Source of the DNA: Candidatus Sulfomarinibacteraceae bacterium
Lineage (GTDB): Bacteria; Acidobacteriota; Thermoanaerobaculia; Thermoanaerobaculales; Sulfomarinibacteraceae
Reading direction: 5' to 3'
NCBI GenBank assembly: GCA_963769215.1
Contig: CAVYKX010000017.1
Coordinates: 88,855 to 152,854 of the forward strand
DNA: 64,000 nt
Shown: one piece after another, positions 29,691-40,266 of the stretch
Layout: every line of letters starts with the position of its first letter
How positions within the stretch are numbered: the first letter of the stretch is position 1
Position numbers and translations under genes: made by a program
Notes under the pieces: model-generated
What the model was told of the DNA's origin: nothing
The model's input: the letters and a program-made list of their open reading frames with translations, nothing else
Databases searched by the model: none

Positions 29691-31358
29691 ATGCGAATCG
29701 CGATTGCCCAGATTGACTACCTCACCGGCGCGTTCGACGCCAATCTCGAGGCGATGACGTCGGCGGTCGAAGATGCCCGTCGCGAGGCAGTCGATCTGGT
29801 GGTCTTCACCGAGTTGGCTACAGTCGGGTATCCCCCCGGCGATCTTCTCGAGCGTCGTGATTTTGTCGATCGCAATATCGCGCAGCTCGAGGAGATTGCT
29901 CGGCTGAGCGATGACCGCTTGGGAATCCTGGTCGGATTTGTCGACGTCAACGAAAGCGGCACAGGCAAATCGCTGCACAACGCTGTTGCACTGTGTGACC
30001 ACGGTCAGGTGGTCGATCGTTACCACAAATGCCTTCTCCCGACCTACGACGTATTCGACGAAGCACGCTATTTCGAGCCCGGTGCCGACGTGCGTCCGAT
30101 GGAATTTCGGGGTGTCCGGATCGGTGTTTCGGTATGCGAGGATGTTTGGGCCGACCCGGATCTCGACGGCCGCAGCCTGTACCACCGTGACCCGATTCTC
30201 GAGCTCATCCATCGCGGATCGCAGCTGTTGATCAATTTGTCCGCGAGCCCATTCGAACTCGGGAAGGCCGGTGAGCGTCGTGAGCTTGTGCGCCGATATG
30301 CCGAGGATTCCGGCCGTTTCTTCGTCTACGCGAACCAAGTGGGCGGAAACGACGAACTGGTCTTCGACGGTCATTCCATGGTCTTTGACGGAGAGGGTCG
30401 GGTGGTGGCTCGGGCCCATGACTTCAAAGAAGATCTGCTGGTTTACGACGTCCCGGACGAGGCGCTGTCGAACGGCAAGGGAAGAGCTGGTCCGACGGGA
30501 GATCTTCGACGGGTTGCCGAATCCCGGGAGGCGGAAGCACTGGCGGCCCTCGAGTTGGGGCTTGAGGATTACGTACGGAAATGCGGATTCGATTCTGTAC
30601 TGCTTGGCCTGTCGGGCGGCATCGACTCGGCTCTGACCGCGGCCATTGCAGCGCGGGCTCTCGGTGCCGACAAGGTGCTGGGGGTTGCAATGCCCACCAG
30701 GTACTCTTCTGAAGGCAGTGTGACCGACGCCCGGGAGCTGGCCTCGAATCTCGGCATCGACTTTCGCGTCATTCCGATCGACCAGATCTTTCAGTCCTAT
30801 CTCGATGGCCTCGCCCCTTCGTTCAGCGGATATGCCGAAGATGTGACCGAGGAAAATATTCAGGCGAGGATTCGCGGCGCCGTACTGATGGCGCTGTCGA
30901 ACAAAACCGGCAGGTTGCTCCTCGCCACCGGCAACAAGTCGGAAGTGGCGGTCGGCTATTGCACACTCTACGGCGATATGTGCGGAGGGTTGGCAGTGAT
31001 CTCCGACGTACCCAAGACCCTGGTCTACGATCTCGCCCGCCACCTCAACACGGGCAGTGAGGTCATCCCAGAATCGACCATATCCAAGCCGCCGTCGGCC
31101 GAGCTGCGTCCCGATCAGGCCGACCAGGATTCGCTGCCGCCATACGACGTGCTCGACCAGATCATCGAGGACTGGGTGGAAGAACACCGGTCAGTGGAGG
31201 AGATCATCGCGCAGGGCCACGATGAGCGTGTGGTCCGCGAGGTCGTGCGCCTGATTGTCCGCAGTGAGTACAAGCGCCGGCAGGCGGCACCGGGGATCAA
31301 GATCACGGCAAAAGCGTTCGGAGTAGGCCGCCGCTATCCGATAGCCGCCAAGTACTGA
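29691..31358 (+). CDS. nadE: Glutamine-dependent NAD+ synthetase
   Basis: Nitrilase domain (EL..GYPP.D, K..LPTYDVFDE, VCED) plus LSGGIDS, ENIQAR, TGNKSE, PPSAELRPDQ. Confidence 0.95.
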   Translation: MRIAIAQIDYLTGAFDANLEAMTSAVEDARREAVDLVVFTELATVGYPPGDLLERRDFVDRNIAQLEEIARLSDDRLGILVGFVDVNESGTGKSLHNAVALCDHGQVVDRYHKCLLPTYDVFDEARYFEPGADVRPMEFRGVRIGVSVCEDVWADPDLDGRSLYHRDPILELIHRGSQLLINLSASPFELGKAGERRELVRRYAEDSGRFFVYANQVGGNDELVFDGHSMVFDGEGRVVARAHDFKEDLLVYDVPDEALSNGKGRAGPTGDLRRVAESREAEALAALELGLEDYVRKCGFDSVLLGLSGGIDSALTAAIAARALGADKVLGVAMPTRYSSEGSVTDARELASNLGIDFRVIPIDQIFQSYLDGLAPSFSGYAEDVTEENIQARIRGAVLMALSNKTGRLLLATGNKSEVAVGYCTLYGDMCGGLAVISDVPKTLVYDLARHLNTGSEVIPESTISKPPSAELRPDQADQDSLPPYDVLDQIIEDWVEEHRSVEEIIAQGHDERVVREVVRLIVRSEYKRRQAAPGIKITAKAFGVGRRYPIAAKY

Positions 31359-31661
31359 GGGTCGCCCTTTCGATCCTGACGTCCCAGTGGCCACGGATGC
31401 TTGCATCGCGCTCAGATGTTGAGGGCGCTCTTTTCCGAACGCCACACCGCGTGATTGCCCCCCTTGACGATCTTGTGGACCCTCAGCCCTCACGACGTGG
31501 TGGCGTTGACTCCCAAAATCGTCAAGGACGGCACGTCCGATCAATGCGCTGTTCTGCACGCGCGCTTTCCGACGAAAGCCCAAAGCCAATACTCGTTGAA
31601 ACCAGAACAATGCAAACCATCAGCTGTCCGCGTCCAGGCAGGGTGATCTGTGGACTAATTC

Positions 31662-31706
31662 GGGTGGGTGGGCGGAAATCCGAAATTCCGAAATCCGAAA
31701 TTTCCG
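31662..31706 (+). repeat. G-anchor plus AAATCCG array
   Basis: gggtgggtgggcgg aaatccg aaattccg aaatccg aaatttccg. Confidence 0.85.
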
Positions 31707-31730
31707 ACTGAAGCAGTCGCGAGATGAGGT

Positions 31731-32541
31731 TTAGCGTTCCACAGCTTCGTCGTGCTCTTCGGTCGGATCAATCTGAAGATAGTCCTTGAGAAGACGGACC
31801 CCGATGTAGAACGGCACGGTATCGACCGCGGCGACGGTAAATTTGAAGGCGTAGCCGGTTGCGATGAACAGAGCGAGTTGACGGCCGACCGGTTGCGCGG
31901 GATCAATGGGCAGGGCGTGCGCGTAGAAGTGGGTGATGAGAATGACTGCCGTCGTATCCACGAGCTGACTGATCATGGTGGAACCGTTGTTCCTCACCCA
32001 CAACATTTTGCCCTTGGTCAGCTTCTTCCAGAAGTGAAAGACGTAGACGTCACAGAACTGAGCGGCCATGTAGGCGATCATGGAGGCCGTGACGGCGCCG
32101 AAAGTGAGCGCGCGGATCTCGAAGAAGACCGGGAGGCGGCCGGCGGCGTCGCGGACCATTTCTCCTGTGGCCGGGTCGAGCTGCTCGAAACCCGGCAGCA
32201 CGCCACCGAGCCACATGATGATCACGACCCAGATGTTGAGGAGCAGACCGACGAAGACGACGAAGTTCGCTCGTCTTCGTCCGTAGAACTCGCTGATGAA
32301 GTCGGTGCACAAAAAGGTCATCGGGTAGGGCAGAACACCAACTGCAATGGCGAAGACGATCGGGACGCCGCCCGATGTCTGAATTTCGAAGAGTTTGATG
32401 AACCGGCTGATTCCGAGAATATTCAGCATCGCCAGCGTGCCCAGAAAGATGCCGGCGAGAATCAGAAACACGCGTTCCCGTCGCGCGTGAAGCCGTGACG
32501 CCTCGATCGGATGAAGAGAGTCCTTGGCGTTGCGATGCCAT
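31731..32541 (-). CDS. yhhQ: Queuosine precursor transporter YhhQ/Vut_1 (probable frameshift just after ATG 32541)
   Basis: YPMTFLCTDFISEFYG, ASMIAYMAAQFCDV, WVRNNGSTMISQLVDT, DTVPFY. Confidence 0.85.
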
Positions 32542-32580
32542 GTTCAGGAGGATACCGGATCTCAGAAGCAATGACGCTAC

Positions 32581-32687
32581 GAGTTTTGAATTCTTAGTTT
32601 TGAGTTTTGAGTTCCGATCCCGCCCGCCCGGCAGATCGAACCGCGTGGGTGGGGAATTCAAAATTCAAAACTCAAAACTGAGAATTC
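32581..32687. repeat. Inverted pair of G-anchor plus CAAAACT heptamer arrays
   Basis: gagtttt gaattct tagtttt gagtttt gagttcc..cccgcccgccc...gggtgggga attcaaa attcaaa actcaaa actgaga; homologous to 47911-47983. Confidence 0.85.
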
Positions 32688-32708
32688 GGGTTCTGCTGAA
32701 TCAGTATC

Positions 32709-33092
32709 TCAAGCCCCTTCGAATTCCTTCTCCCAGGCAGCCATCTCCTCCTCCGAGAGGCCGAAGTGATGTCCGATCTCGTGCAGCAGGGTGAGCTGGA
32801 TCTGATGAATCAGGCGGGGGCGGCTCCGGCACGCGGAGAGGAGGGGCTGCCGGTAGAGAACGATGACGTCCGGCAGGACGTTGCCATACCAACCGCCTCG
32901 TTGATCAAGGGGAACGCCGGTGTACAGGCCGAACAGGGTATCTCGTTTCGGGTCGAGATCGAGATCCAGAAGAGTCTCCCGGTCGGGCGTTTCGTGCACC
33001 TGAATCGACACGTTGGACATCAACTCCGCAAACTCGAGCGGGAGATTGTCGAGCGCCTCCGCGACCGCGGATTCGAATTCTTCGCGATTCAT
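32709..33092 (-). CDS. Minimal zincin-like metallopeptidase (DUF1025 type)
   Basis: FESAVAEALDNLP, LFGLYTGVPL, PDVIVLY, LLHEIGHHFG. Confidence 0.88.
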   Translation of the reverse strand: MNREEFESAVAEALDNLPLEFAELMSNVSIQVHETPDRETLLDLDLDPKRDTLFGLYTGVPLDQRGGWYGNVLPDVIVLYRQPLLSACRSRPRLIHQIQLTLLHEIGHHFGLSEEEMAAWEKEFEGA

Positions 33093-33135
33093 GACCTGTG
33101 GCTGGGAGGCCGGTGCTTCGGCGCGAAGGTCTGTG

Positions 33136-33318
33136 TCACTTCCCGGCGCGCCCCTTGACGAGATCGACAAGATTCCAACCAATGATGTAGCCGATGAATG
33201 CGCCGCCGGCGCTGCCCAACAATCCGTAGTACTTGAAACCGGCTGCGATGCCGACACACGCGAAGACGAGCGCGAATATGACCCTCAAGAATCTCACAGT
33301 TTCAAAGTCCATCGGCAT
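33136..33318 (-). CDS. Small two-TM hypothetical protein
   Basis: MPMDFETVRFLRVIFALVFACVGIAAG...; GGGAG RBS; co-oriented with the zincin gene. Confidence 0.55.
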   Translation of the reverse strand: MPMDFETVRFLRVIFALVFACVGIAAGFKYYGLLGSAGGAFIGYIIGWNLVDLVKGRAGK

Positions 33319-33420
33319 GCCGTTGACTCCCACCTTGGCGTTGGCGGCGCCAGAGGGCGCCACCGGTTTCGTCATTATAGGGCCGCCGGCCGGTGTAAAG
33401 TGGCATCCCGGGAGGAATGT

Positions 33421-35047
33421 ATGCGGTTTATCGGCGTGCTCGGTGTGCTGGTCCTGCTCGGCCTTGCATGGGCCATGTCCTATCACCGGCGCGAGGTCAG
33501 GTTGCGGGTTGTGCTGTGGGGGTTGGGTCTGCAGTTCCTCTTCGCGGTGATCATTCTGCGCGAAGACTACTGGAGTTTCGTCGGTATGGGCGTGTTGGCG
33601 GGCCTCGTGGCGGTGTACCTCCTTCGCCAGGATCGAGTCCGGCCCGATCGCGGGCCCGGTGCTGTCGCGGTCATTCTGGCGGGATCCGGTGCGATTGGAG
33701 TGGCCCTCGGGTTTCTGGGTTCACAGGTTGTGGGCATCGCAGCCATCGTCCTGTTGGTCCTGCTTCTGGTCAACGGCCGCTGGAAACCGTTCCCATCGAT
33801 TCAGGCGCCTCTGGGTGCCTTGTTCGTCGTGCTGTGTGTGACGTGGCTCGTTATTGGGGATTTCTACGGTCAGGTCATTTTCAGTATGTTCAGCGAAAAG
33901 GTCTCGTATTTTCTCAGCCTCTCCGATTACGGGGCCCGCTTTCTCTTCGGGAATCTGGCCGACAGCCAGTACTTCTTTCCCGGGAGCGTCGACGATGTGG
34001 CCGGGGTTTGGTTTCCAGTTTGCTTTCAAGGTGCTGCCGACAATCGTTTTCTTCGGCGGGTTCATGGCAGTTCTCTACTACCTCGGAGTCATGCAGGTCG
34101 TGATCGAGGCGCTGGCCCGTTTCATGCGATGGACGGTGGGCACGAGTGGCGCCGAAACCCTGTCGTGTACCGCCAACATATTTGTCGGCCAGACCGAGGC
34201 CCCGCTGTTGATCAAGCCGTTTCTCAACGATATGACTCGATCCGAGCTGCTGACCATCATGGTCGGGGGCTTTGCCACCATCGCCGGAGGTGTTCTTGCC
34301 GCCTATCATCGCGATGGGCATTCCGGCCGGCCACCTGATTGCGGCGAGCGTGATGTCGGCACCGGCGGCGTTGGTGGTCGGCAAGATCATCTACCCGGGA
34401 ACAGAACACTCGGCGACAGCCGGCGATGTGGAGATGCCCGACATCGAAGTCCGGTGGCAATGTCATCGAGGCGGCCGCAAACGGCATCACCGACGGGCTG
34501 AAGCTGGCCGTCAACGTGGGCGCGATGCTGATCGGGTTCATCGCCCTGATCGCGGTAGTCGATGTGGGCCTCAACTGGATTGATTCACTGGTCGACGGCG
34601 GCTGCTCCACGGCGCCTGGGTGACCTATGGGTCGGGCGGGATGTCGCCGGTTGAACGGAGAGTTTGCCGGGATCTTCCCGGGCTCCCTGCAGACTCTGTT
34701 CGGCACCGTCTTGCGGCCGTTGGCGTGGCTGATGGGTGTTCCGTGGGCAGATGCGGGACTGGTCGGAAACCTCCTCGGAATCAAGCTTTCTCTCAACGAA
34801 TTGGTTGCCTACGGATTGCTCGGGACGTATGTCGCAGGAGGCGTTTGATCTCGACCGGGCGATGATCATCTCTACCTACGCCCTGTGCGGTTTCGCGAAC
34901 TTTTCGTCCATCGGCATCCAACTGGGTGGGATCGCCGCGGTGGCTCCGCGGCGCCGCGCTGCCCTCGCAAAACTGGGGCTCAAGGCCATGTTTGGCGGCG
35001 CCATCGCGTCGTGGCTGACGGCGACCGTCGCGGGTATGCTGTTATAG
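33421..35047 (+). CDS. nupC: Concentrative nucleoside transporter NupC/CNT (several frameshifts)
   Basis: GLQFLFA, FAFKVLPTIVFF, ANIFVGQTEAPL, GGFATIAGGV, ASVMSAPAAL, NELVAY, YALCGFANFSSIGIQLGG across successive ORFs. Confidence 0.85.
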
Positions 35048-35146
35048 CCGCCCAGGGAGGCCTGCCCCCTGAGCCGGCGCGGTTGGAATTGCGGTTTGGG
35101 AGAGCGGGCGCTTCCCCTGCCGAGGTCTTATGTAGGAGGCTCTGAA

Positions 35147-36464
35147 ATGGCACGATTGACGTTGACGACATTGGCGGTAGTGAGTTTGGTCGTTGCCGGC
35201 GGCTGCGATCTCGTGGATCCGGCGCGCCCCTCCGCCGCAACAGGACACCGAGGTATTTGGCAATTTGCTCGAGGTCAACAGAAACGAAGAGGACCCGACG
35301 AGGTGGATGGTGCGGATCCAGGTCGGGCCACCGCGCTTGATCCGAGCGGCCGAGCAAGAGTCCGGCAAACCGACTCCGGGTGTGGAGCAGAGTCTTATCG
35401 CGACCGTGGCCGTCGGGGAAGATACTGTTGTCGTTGCCGGCGACCGGCCTGCGCGACTCGAGGATTTCGATCCGGGCACCGAGATCGTTGTTATTCCGGT
35501 CCCGGGGACAACCAACCTGATGGGCTCCAACGACCTCCGGGTGGAAGCCGACACGATCATCGATTTCGCGACCTACAAGCTCTGGCGGCTTCCGAACCTC
35601 GAAAGTGAGGACGCTCCGGAGTTGAATGATCCCGAGTTGATCAACAGCGCCGGAGTCGAAATCGCTCCCGTCCCGGTGGCTGGAGGGACAGTCCTCTACT
35701 TCACCGCCCAGCTGCGACCGCCGGCGACCGAGAGCGAGGAGTGGCACGGAGCGTTGCGCGAGGGTCTGGCGATGCCGTCCGAGAGTGCAGTAAATGTCGA
35801 GCGGAGTTATCGGACCGAGCTCACTGGGGATGGCTGGACACCGCCGGAGCTTGTTCGTTTTCCGGGTCTCGAAGAATCGATCCAGACGCGCGTGACCTGG
35901 GTGAGTGAGGACGAAACGAGGTGCCTGGTGACCGTGACCGACGTCGACTCCCTCCCCTGGGTAGGTCTCGCATCGCGACCCGGCGCTGCAGCCTCTTGGG
36001 AAGCGCCAGAAATGATCGAGGAGCTCGGGGCCGACGCTCATGACGCGGTGTTTCTCACCGGGAGCCAATCCAAGATCCTGTTCGTGTCGGCGCGCGGCGG
36101 CAGAGAGCGCGGCGACCTCTTTCTCTTTGATCCGAAGAACGAAGGCGGTGCGATGCCCCTCGAGCCGCGGATCTGCACTTTTGGGACGGAGTGGAATCCC
36201 CGTACGGGCCCGCAGGGTGAACTCTTCTTCTGCCGGGAGGATCGGCAGCTGGTTTTCAGGAATGCCCAGGTGGGAGCGGTGCGGCTTCCCGGCCCGCATC
36301 GAGTTCTTTTGACGCAGGCAGCACCCACCGCCGACGGGAAGTGGCTGTTTTTCTGTATGCCGCGATACCGGCCTCTTCAGTTCGACGAAGATATCTACGT
36401 GGCCAGGATCGACGGAGATTTCAGCGCAGGGGAGCCTGTGGCGGTGGACGATTGGCGGCCGTGA
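35147..36464 (+). CDS. Lipoprotein with C-terminal TolB/PD40-like beta-propeller (frameshift near 35220)
   Basis: Lipobox VAGGC after an AGGAGG RBS; INSAGVEIAP..LYFT, LFVSARGG..GDLF, PTADGKWLFF, DIYVA. Confidence 0.65.
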
Positions 36465-36498
36465 TCTCGGACATCGACGAGACGTTTGCAGTCGACGG

Positions 36499-37695
36499 GT
36501 GACGAACAGAGCCCACCTGCTCGGTCCTCGATGGGATGCATGGCGTGGATCGTGGGAAGGGTCGCGTTGTCTGATCAACCGGGGTGCCGCATGGCATCTC
36601 GAGGACGACGGGAGGGAATGCTGCAGTTGGCCCGATCTTCGGTCCGCCCTGCTCGATGTATGGCCGAAGCGGCGGGTTCGAGATTCTTCCCCGTGGGCGG
36701 TAGGGTGGATCGGGTACGAGGAGACAGCGCGCCTCGCTGGAGGCCTCCCGTGCAGAAGCGAAGCGGATGCCGCGCCGCCGGGTTTGCTGGTCCTCGAGCC
36801 TCAGAGGAGCGAGAGTGCCCTGGATTTGGATGACGTGACGCCTGAATCACCTGAATACGGTCGGCGGTGGAGCCTCGATGCCGCTCAATTCCGCGACCAT
36901 GTCGAGAACGTGCGGCAACGGATTGCTGCCGGAAAGGTCTACCAGGTGAATCTCTGCCGAAGACTGACGGTGGAGGGCTGGACCGGCGCCCTGGACGCTT
37001 TGGCCGCGTCGGCCGCGGTTGGCGGGATTCCCGACTACCTGGCAAGCGTCAAATACGATGAAGGCGAACTTGTGTGTGCCTCCATGGAGTTGCTTCTGCA
37101 GCGGCGTGGAGAGCGTCTGGAGACGCGGCCGATCAAGGGTACGCGGCCGCGCGGTGTTTCACCCGAAGATGACCGGAAGTTGGCCGTTGACCTCGAAAAC
37201 GATCCCAAGGAGCGGGCCGAGTTGGCGATGATCGTCGATCTCGAGCGCAACGATCTCGGCCGCATCTCAGAAACCGGATCGGTTCACGTTGCAGATCCAG
37301 GTTCGGTGTATTCGTATGCAGCCGTGCACCATCGGGTGGCAAGGGTGGTTGGGCGTTTACGCGCAGGAGTCGAGTGGTGGGAGGCTCTGGCGGCAATGGC
37401 GCCGGGCGGGTCAGTCACCGGTTGCCCCAAGCTCGCCGCGATGTCGGTGATCACTGAACTCGAACCGGTTCCCCGCGGTCCATTCTGCGGTGCATTCGGT
37501 GTTGTTGCCGGCAACGGTGACCTCGAGTTAGCGTTGCCGATCCGAACCGCCTGGAGGGTCGGATCGCGCCTCGAATTCGCCGCCGGCTGCGGCATTGTGT
37601 GGGAATCAGATCCCTTTTCCGAGGAGAAGGAGTCGCGACTCAAGGTGGCGCGTTGGCTGGAGATCGTGGAAGGACGGCACCGTGCGATGGCGTGA
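36499..37695 (+). CDS. pabB: Chorismate-binding enzyme, aminodeoxychorismate synthase component I-like
   Basis: YQVNL, SMELL, RPIKGTRPR, KERAELAMIVDLERNDLGR, PGGSVTGCPK, IRT, AGCGIV; precedes a pabC-like gene. The start may be GTG 36461 with a frameshift. Confidence 0.75.
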   Translation: MTNRAHLLGPRWDAWRGSWEGSRCLINRGAAWHLEDDGRECCSWPDLRSALLDVWPKRRVRDSSPWAVGWIGYEETARLAGGLPCRSEADAAPPGLLVLEPQRSESALDLDDVTPESPEYGRRWSLDAAQFRDHVENVRQRIAAGKVYQVNLCRRLTVEGWTGALDALAASAAVGGIPDYLASVKYDEGELVCASMELLLQRRGERLETRPIKGTRPRGVSPEDDRKLAVDLENDPKERAELAMIVDLERNDLGRISETGSVHVADPGSVYSYAAVHHRVARVVGRLRAGVEWWEALAAMAPGGSVTGCPKLAAMSVITELEPVPRGPFCGAFGVVAGNGDLELALPIRTAWRVGSRLEFAAGCGIVWESDPFSEEKESRLKVARWLEIVEGRHRAMA

Positions 37696-38476
37696 TGGTC
37701 AGCTGATCGAGACCGGCGGTGCTTGCGAACCGGCCCTCAACTGCTGGGGGGCGTTCACCACGGCGGGTTGTGATGGGGGCATTCCGCTGCTCTGGGATCG
37801 CCACCGATCACGACTTCAGAACAGCGCGGGGTTCCTTGGCGCCCGTGCAGGGGTTTCGGTCCCAGACGAGACTGAGATCTGCGCCTTTCTCAGCGCCGCG
37901 GGAATCGAAGGTCCGGCTCGACTTCGGGTCGTGGTTCGGATGGTTGGTGGCGGCCGCTGGTCCGTCGAAGCCACCGCAGCTGCGACTGCAGTGGCCGGCC
38001 CGGAGAGTCCCCCGGCGCGCCTGTCCGTCGACCGGTGGGACGCTGCTCCGCCGCTTGCAGGACACAAGACACTGTCGCGGCTGTCATGGGACCTCGCCAG
38101 ACAGCGCGCGGCGGCCGCAGGCGCAGACGATGTCATCCTGGTGGATGCCGCCGGACGAATCCTCGAAACTTCGGTCGCCAATGTGTGGGTCGTCCAGGGT
38201 CACGTGGCGCGGACGCCTCCGGCGCCTGCACGGTGTCTTCCCGGGATCATGCGAGGATGGCTGTTGGAAAATCTCCCGGCGGCCGGAATTCGTGCTGAGG
38301 AGTGTGACCTCGACGTGTCGGAAATCGACGAAGCGGACGAAGTGTGGATCAGCAACGCGGTCATCGGTGTGAAGAGGGTGGGTTGGCTTCTCGACGGGCG
38401 GTGGGAATCGTGGTCGATCTTTGAGCGTCTCGTCGCTGCCGGTGTTCCGGCTCCGGGGTGGCCCAGGTCAGTCTGA
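37682..38476 (+). CDS. pabC: Class IV PLP enzyme, aminodeoxychorismate lyase-like
   Basis: HRSRL, GHKTLS (PLP lysine), ETSVANVW, LPGIMR, ADEVWISNAV. Confidence 0.7.
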   Translation: MRWRDGQLIETGGACEPALNCWGAFTTAGCDGGIPLLWDRHRSRLQNSAGFLGARAGVSVPDETEICAFLSAAGIEGPARLRVVVRMVGGGRWSVEATAAATAVAGPESPPARLSVDRWDAAPPLAGHKTLSRLSWDLARQRAAAAGADDVILVDAAGRILETSVANVWVVQGHVARTPPAPARCLPGIMRGWLLENLPAAGIRAEECDLDVSEIDEADEVWISNAVIGVKRVGWLLDGRWESWSIFERLVAAGVPAPGWPRSV

Positions 38477-38824
38477 GCGCAGCCCAAAACGAAATCGTGC
38501 GACGAGGCGGTAGAGAGTCGGTCCGAACCACCGTATCGGCGCGATGCCCGAGAGGGCGGCGAGCCATCGCCAGCCCGGAAGCTCGGCCATGATTCTGCGC
38601 CACGCTGCAAATCCCTCGAGCAGGGTGCCGTTGCTGTCCCGTACCCACATCGATGTTTCGTGGGCTACGCGGTTCAGAGGAAGATCCGCATCAGCAGCGA
38701 CTCGAAAGTCCTGAAACCTCAGACGCCCGTTCGGATCCCGTTTTTCGCAGAATCTCTGTGAACTGCGACACATTGCGCATTCGCCGTCTAACCAGACCTC
38801 GAGGTCGTCGATGGGCTCTGTCAT
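38468..38824 (-). CDS. DCC1-like thiol-disulfide oxidoreductase (DUF393)
   Basis: LDGECAMC; YRLVARFR near the C-terminus. Confidence 0.8.
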   Translation of the reverse strand: MTEPIDDLEVWLDGECAMCRSSQRFCEKRDPNGRLRFQDFRVAADADLPLNRVAHETSMWVRDSNGTLLEGFAAWRRIMAELPGWRWLAALSGIAPIRWFGPTLYRLVARFRFGLRSD

Positions 38825-38858
38825 TCCGCCTCCAAATGTCAAAACCAGAAACCGGGTC

Positions 38859-38886
38859 TTGACATTCCTTAAGAAAATACTAAAAT
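38859..38886 (+). promoter_or_regulatory. Sigma70-type promoter of the arsR-HMA operon
   Basis: TTGACA-16 nt-TAAAAT in a locally AT-rich patch. Confidence 0.6.
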
Positions 38887-38933
38887 AGCGATATGCGGAT
38901 TTAGAAACATAAACCCGCCGGTCGTGCTGAGAG

Positions 38934-39323
38934 ATGGAAAGGTGGCCTTTCGTGAGTTTTCCTCAACCAGACTGTGTGTCTCCGGACAGATCTCCGGAAG
39001 AGCTTATCGCTCTCAAGGGAAAAGTTCTCGCGTCTTCGCGAAACTTCCGCCGAATCTCTGACCATTTTGCTCTGTTGGCTGGAGAAACCAGGCTCAAGAT
39101 CATCGCGCTCCTCGACGAAGTCGGTGAGTTGTGCGTCTGCGATCTGGCGACGGTTCTCGAAATGACGCCCGCGGCCGTTTCGCAGCATCTGAGCCGTTTG
39201 CGGACGGGACGGATCGTCCAGTCGCGCCGGGACGGGATGACGATCTATTATCGACTCGCCGAGGCGTCGGCCGGTGGGCCGGCTGTGCCGGTGACGGGAC
39301 GTCAGATCTTCGAAGAGGAGTAG
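38934..39323 (+). CDS. ArsR/SmtB metalloregulator
   Basis: TRLKII, ELCVCDLA, AVSQHLSRL, RRDGMTIYY. Confidence 0.9.
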   Translation: MERWPFVSFPQPDCVSPDRSPEELIALKGKVLASSRNFRRISDHFALLAGETRLKIIALLDEVGELCVCDLATVLEMTPAAVSQHLSRLRTGRIVQSRRDGMTIYYRLAEASAGGPAVPVTGRQIFEEE

Positions 39324-39326
39324 AGC

Positions 39327-39644
39327 ATGAAAGCCTTTGTTCGATTCGTACCCGTGATCTTGCTGATCGCAGCTCTCGCGCCGCTCTCCGCAGCCGGCGG
39401 CAGGCCGGACACCGTCAAAACGACCTTTCAAGTAGAGGGGATGCACTGCGACGGGTGCTCGTCGACCATCACGGCCACCCTCGAAGGCCTCGATGGCGTG
39501 ATCGAGGCCTCGGCCGACCACGAGAATGGTGTCGCTGAAGCCGTGTACCACCCGCGAAAGGTGAAGGTCGAAGACCTCAAGACCAAGATCGAGAAGCTCG
39601 GATACACGGTCACCTCAATGGAGACTGAAGAGGTTGAGAGCTAG
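39327..39644 (+). CDS. Exported heavy-metal-binding (HMA; MerP/CopZ-like) protein
   Basis: Signal peptide; VEGMHCDGC; IEKLGY. Confidence 0.88.
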   Translation: MKAFVRFVPVILLIAALAPLSAAGGRPDTVKTTFQVEGMHCDGCSSTITATLEGLDGVIEASADHENGVAEAVYHPRKVKVEDLKTKIEKLGYTVTSMETEEVES

Positions 39645-39690
39645 ATTTCGGATTTCGGATTTCGGATTTCGGATTTCCAACCAGCCCCCC
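39643..39690 (-). repeat. G-anchor plus AAATCCG array (minus strand)
   Basis: (gatttcg)x4 gatttcc aaccagcccccc. Confidence 0.85.
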
Positions 39691-39714
39691 GGTAATTCGG
39701 GATAAACTCTCGGC

Positions 39715-40257
39715 GTGAGCAAGAATCCCCTCAGAGACCCGAAGGTTAAATTCGCGTATGTGGCAACCAAAGTTGCTGTCTTCGCCGTTGCGGCGGCAGC
39801 CACGTGGCCGTTGGCGCGAGTTGTTGGGCCCAGAGCCTGGATCGGCCTGGGCGTGTTTGGTGCTGTGTTGGTGATTATGACGGCGGTGGTCCTGCTGAGT
39901 GCATCTCGCAGTCCAATTGGTGCTCCTGATCTCGAGCAAGCCGTTGATGAATCGGATATCGACGAGGATTTCGATCCCGAAGAACCCTTCGAGATTCCGG
40001 TTGAGGACAACATCGACCTCCACTCGTTTCCACCGCGCGACGTACCTGACGTCGTCGATGCTTACCTCGAAACAGCGTTCGAAAAGGGTTTTGGCGAGGT
40101 CCGACTGATTCACGGCCGAGGCATCGGCGTGCAACGGGACCGGGTCCAGAGGCTCCTTGCCAGACATCCGCTCGTTTCAGGATTCCACGACGCCCCGCCC
40201 GGTCGCGGCGGCTGGGGGGCCACAATCGCCTATCTCAAGCGACGTTCTTCGGGCTGA
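39715..40257 (+). CDS. Smr-domain endonuclease with N-terminal TM helices
   Basis: IDLHSF, VRLIHGRGIG, GGWGAT, preceded by two hydrophobic segments and an acidic linker. Confidence 0.8.
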   Translation: MSKNPLRDPKVKFAYVATKVAVFAVAAAATWPLARVVGPRAWIGLGVFGAVLVIMTAVVLLSASRSPIGAPDLEQAVDESDIDEDFDPEEPFEIPVEDNIDLHSFPPRDVPDVVDAYLETAFEKGFGEVRLIHGRGIGVQRDRVQRLLARHPLVSGFHDAPPGRGGWGATIAYLKRRSSG

Positions 40258-40266
40258 TTCCATCCC

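Noticed and set aside
32590-32615. AAAACTAA upstream of yhhQ, resembling the preQ1-I riboswitch tail
   Set aside because: It is one unit of the CAAAACT heptamer array, and no preQ1 P1 stem-loop precedes it.
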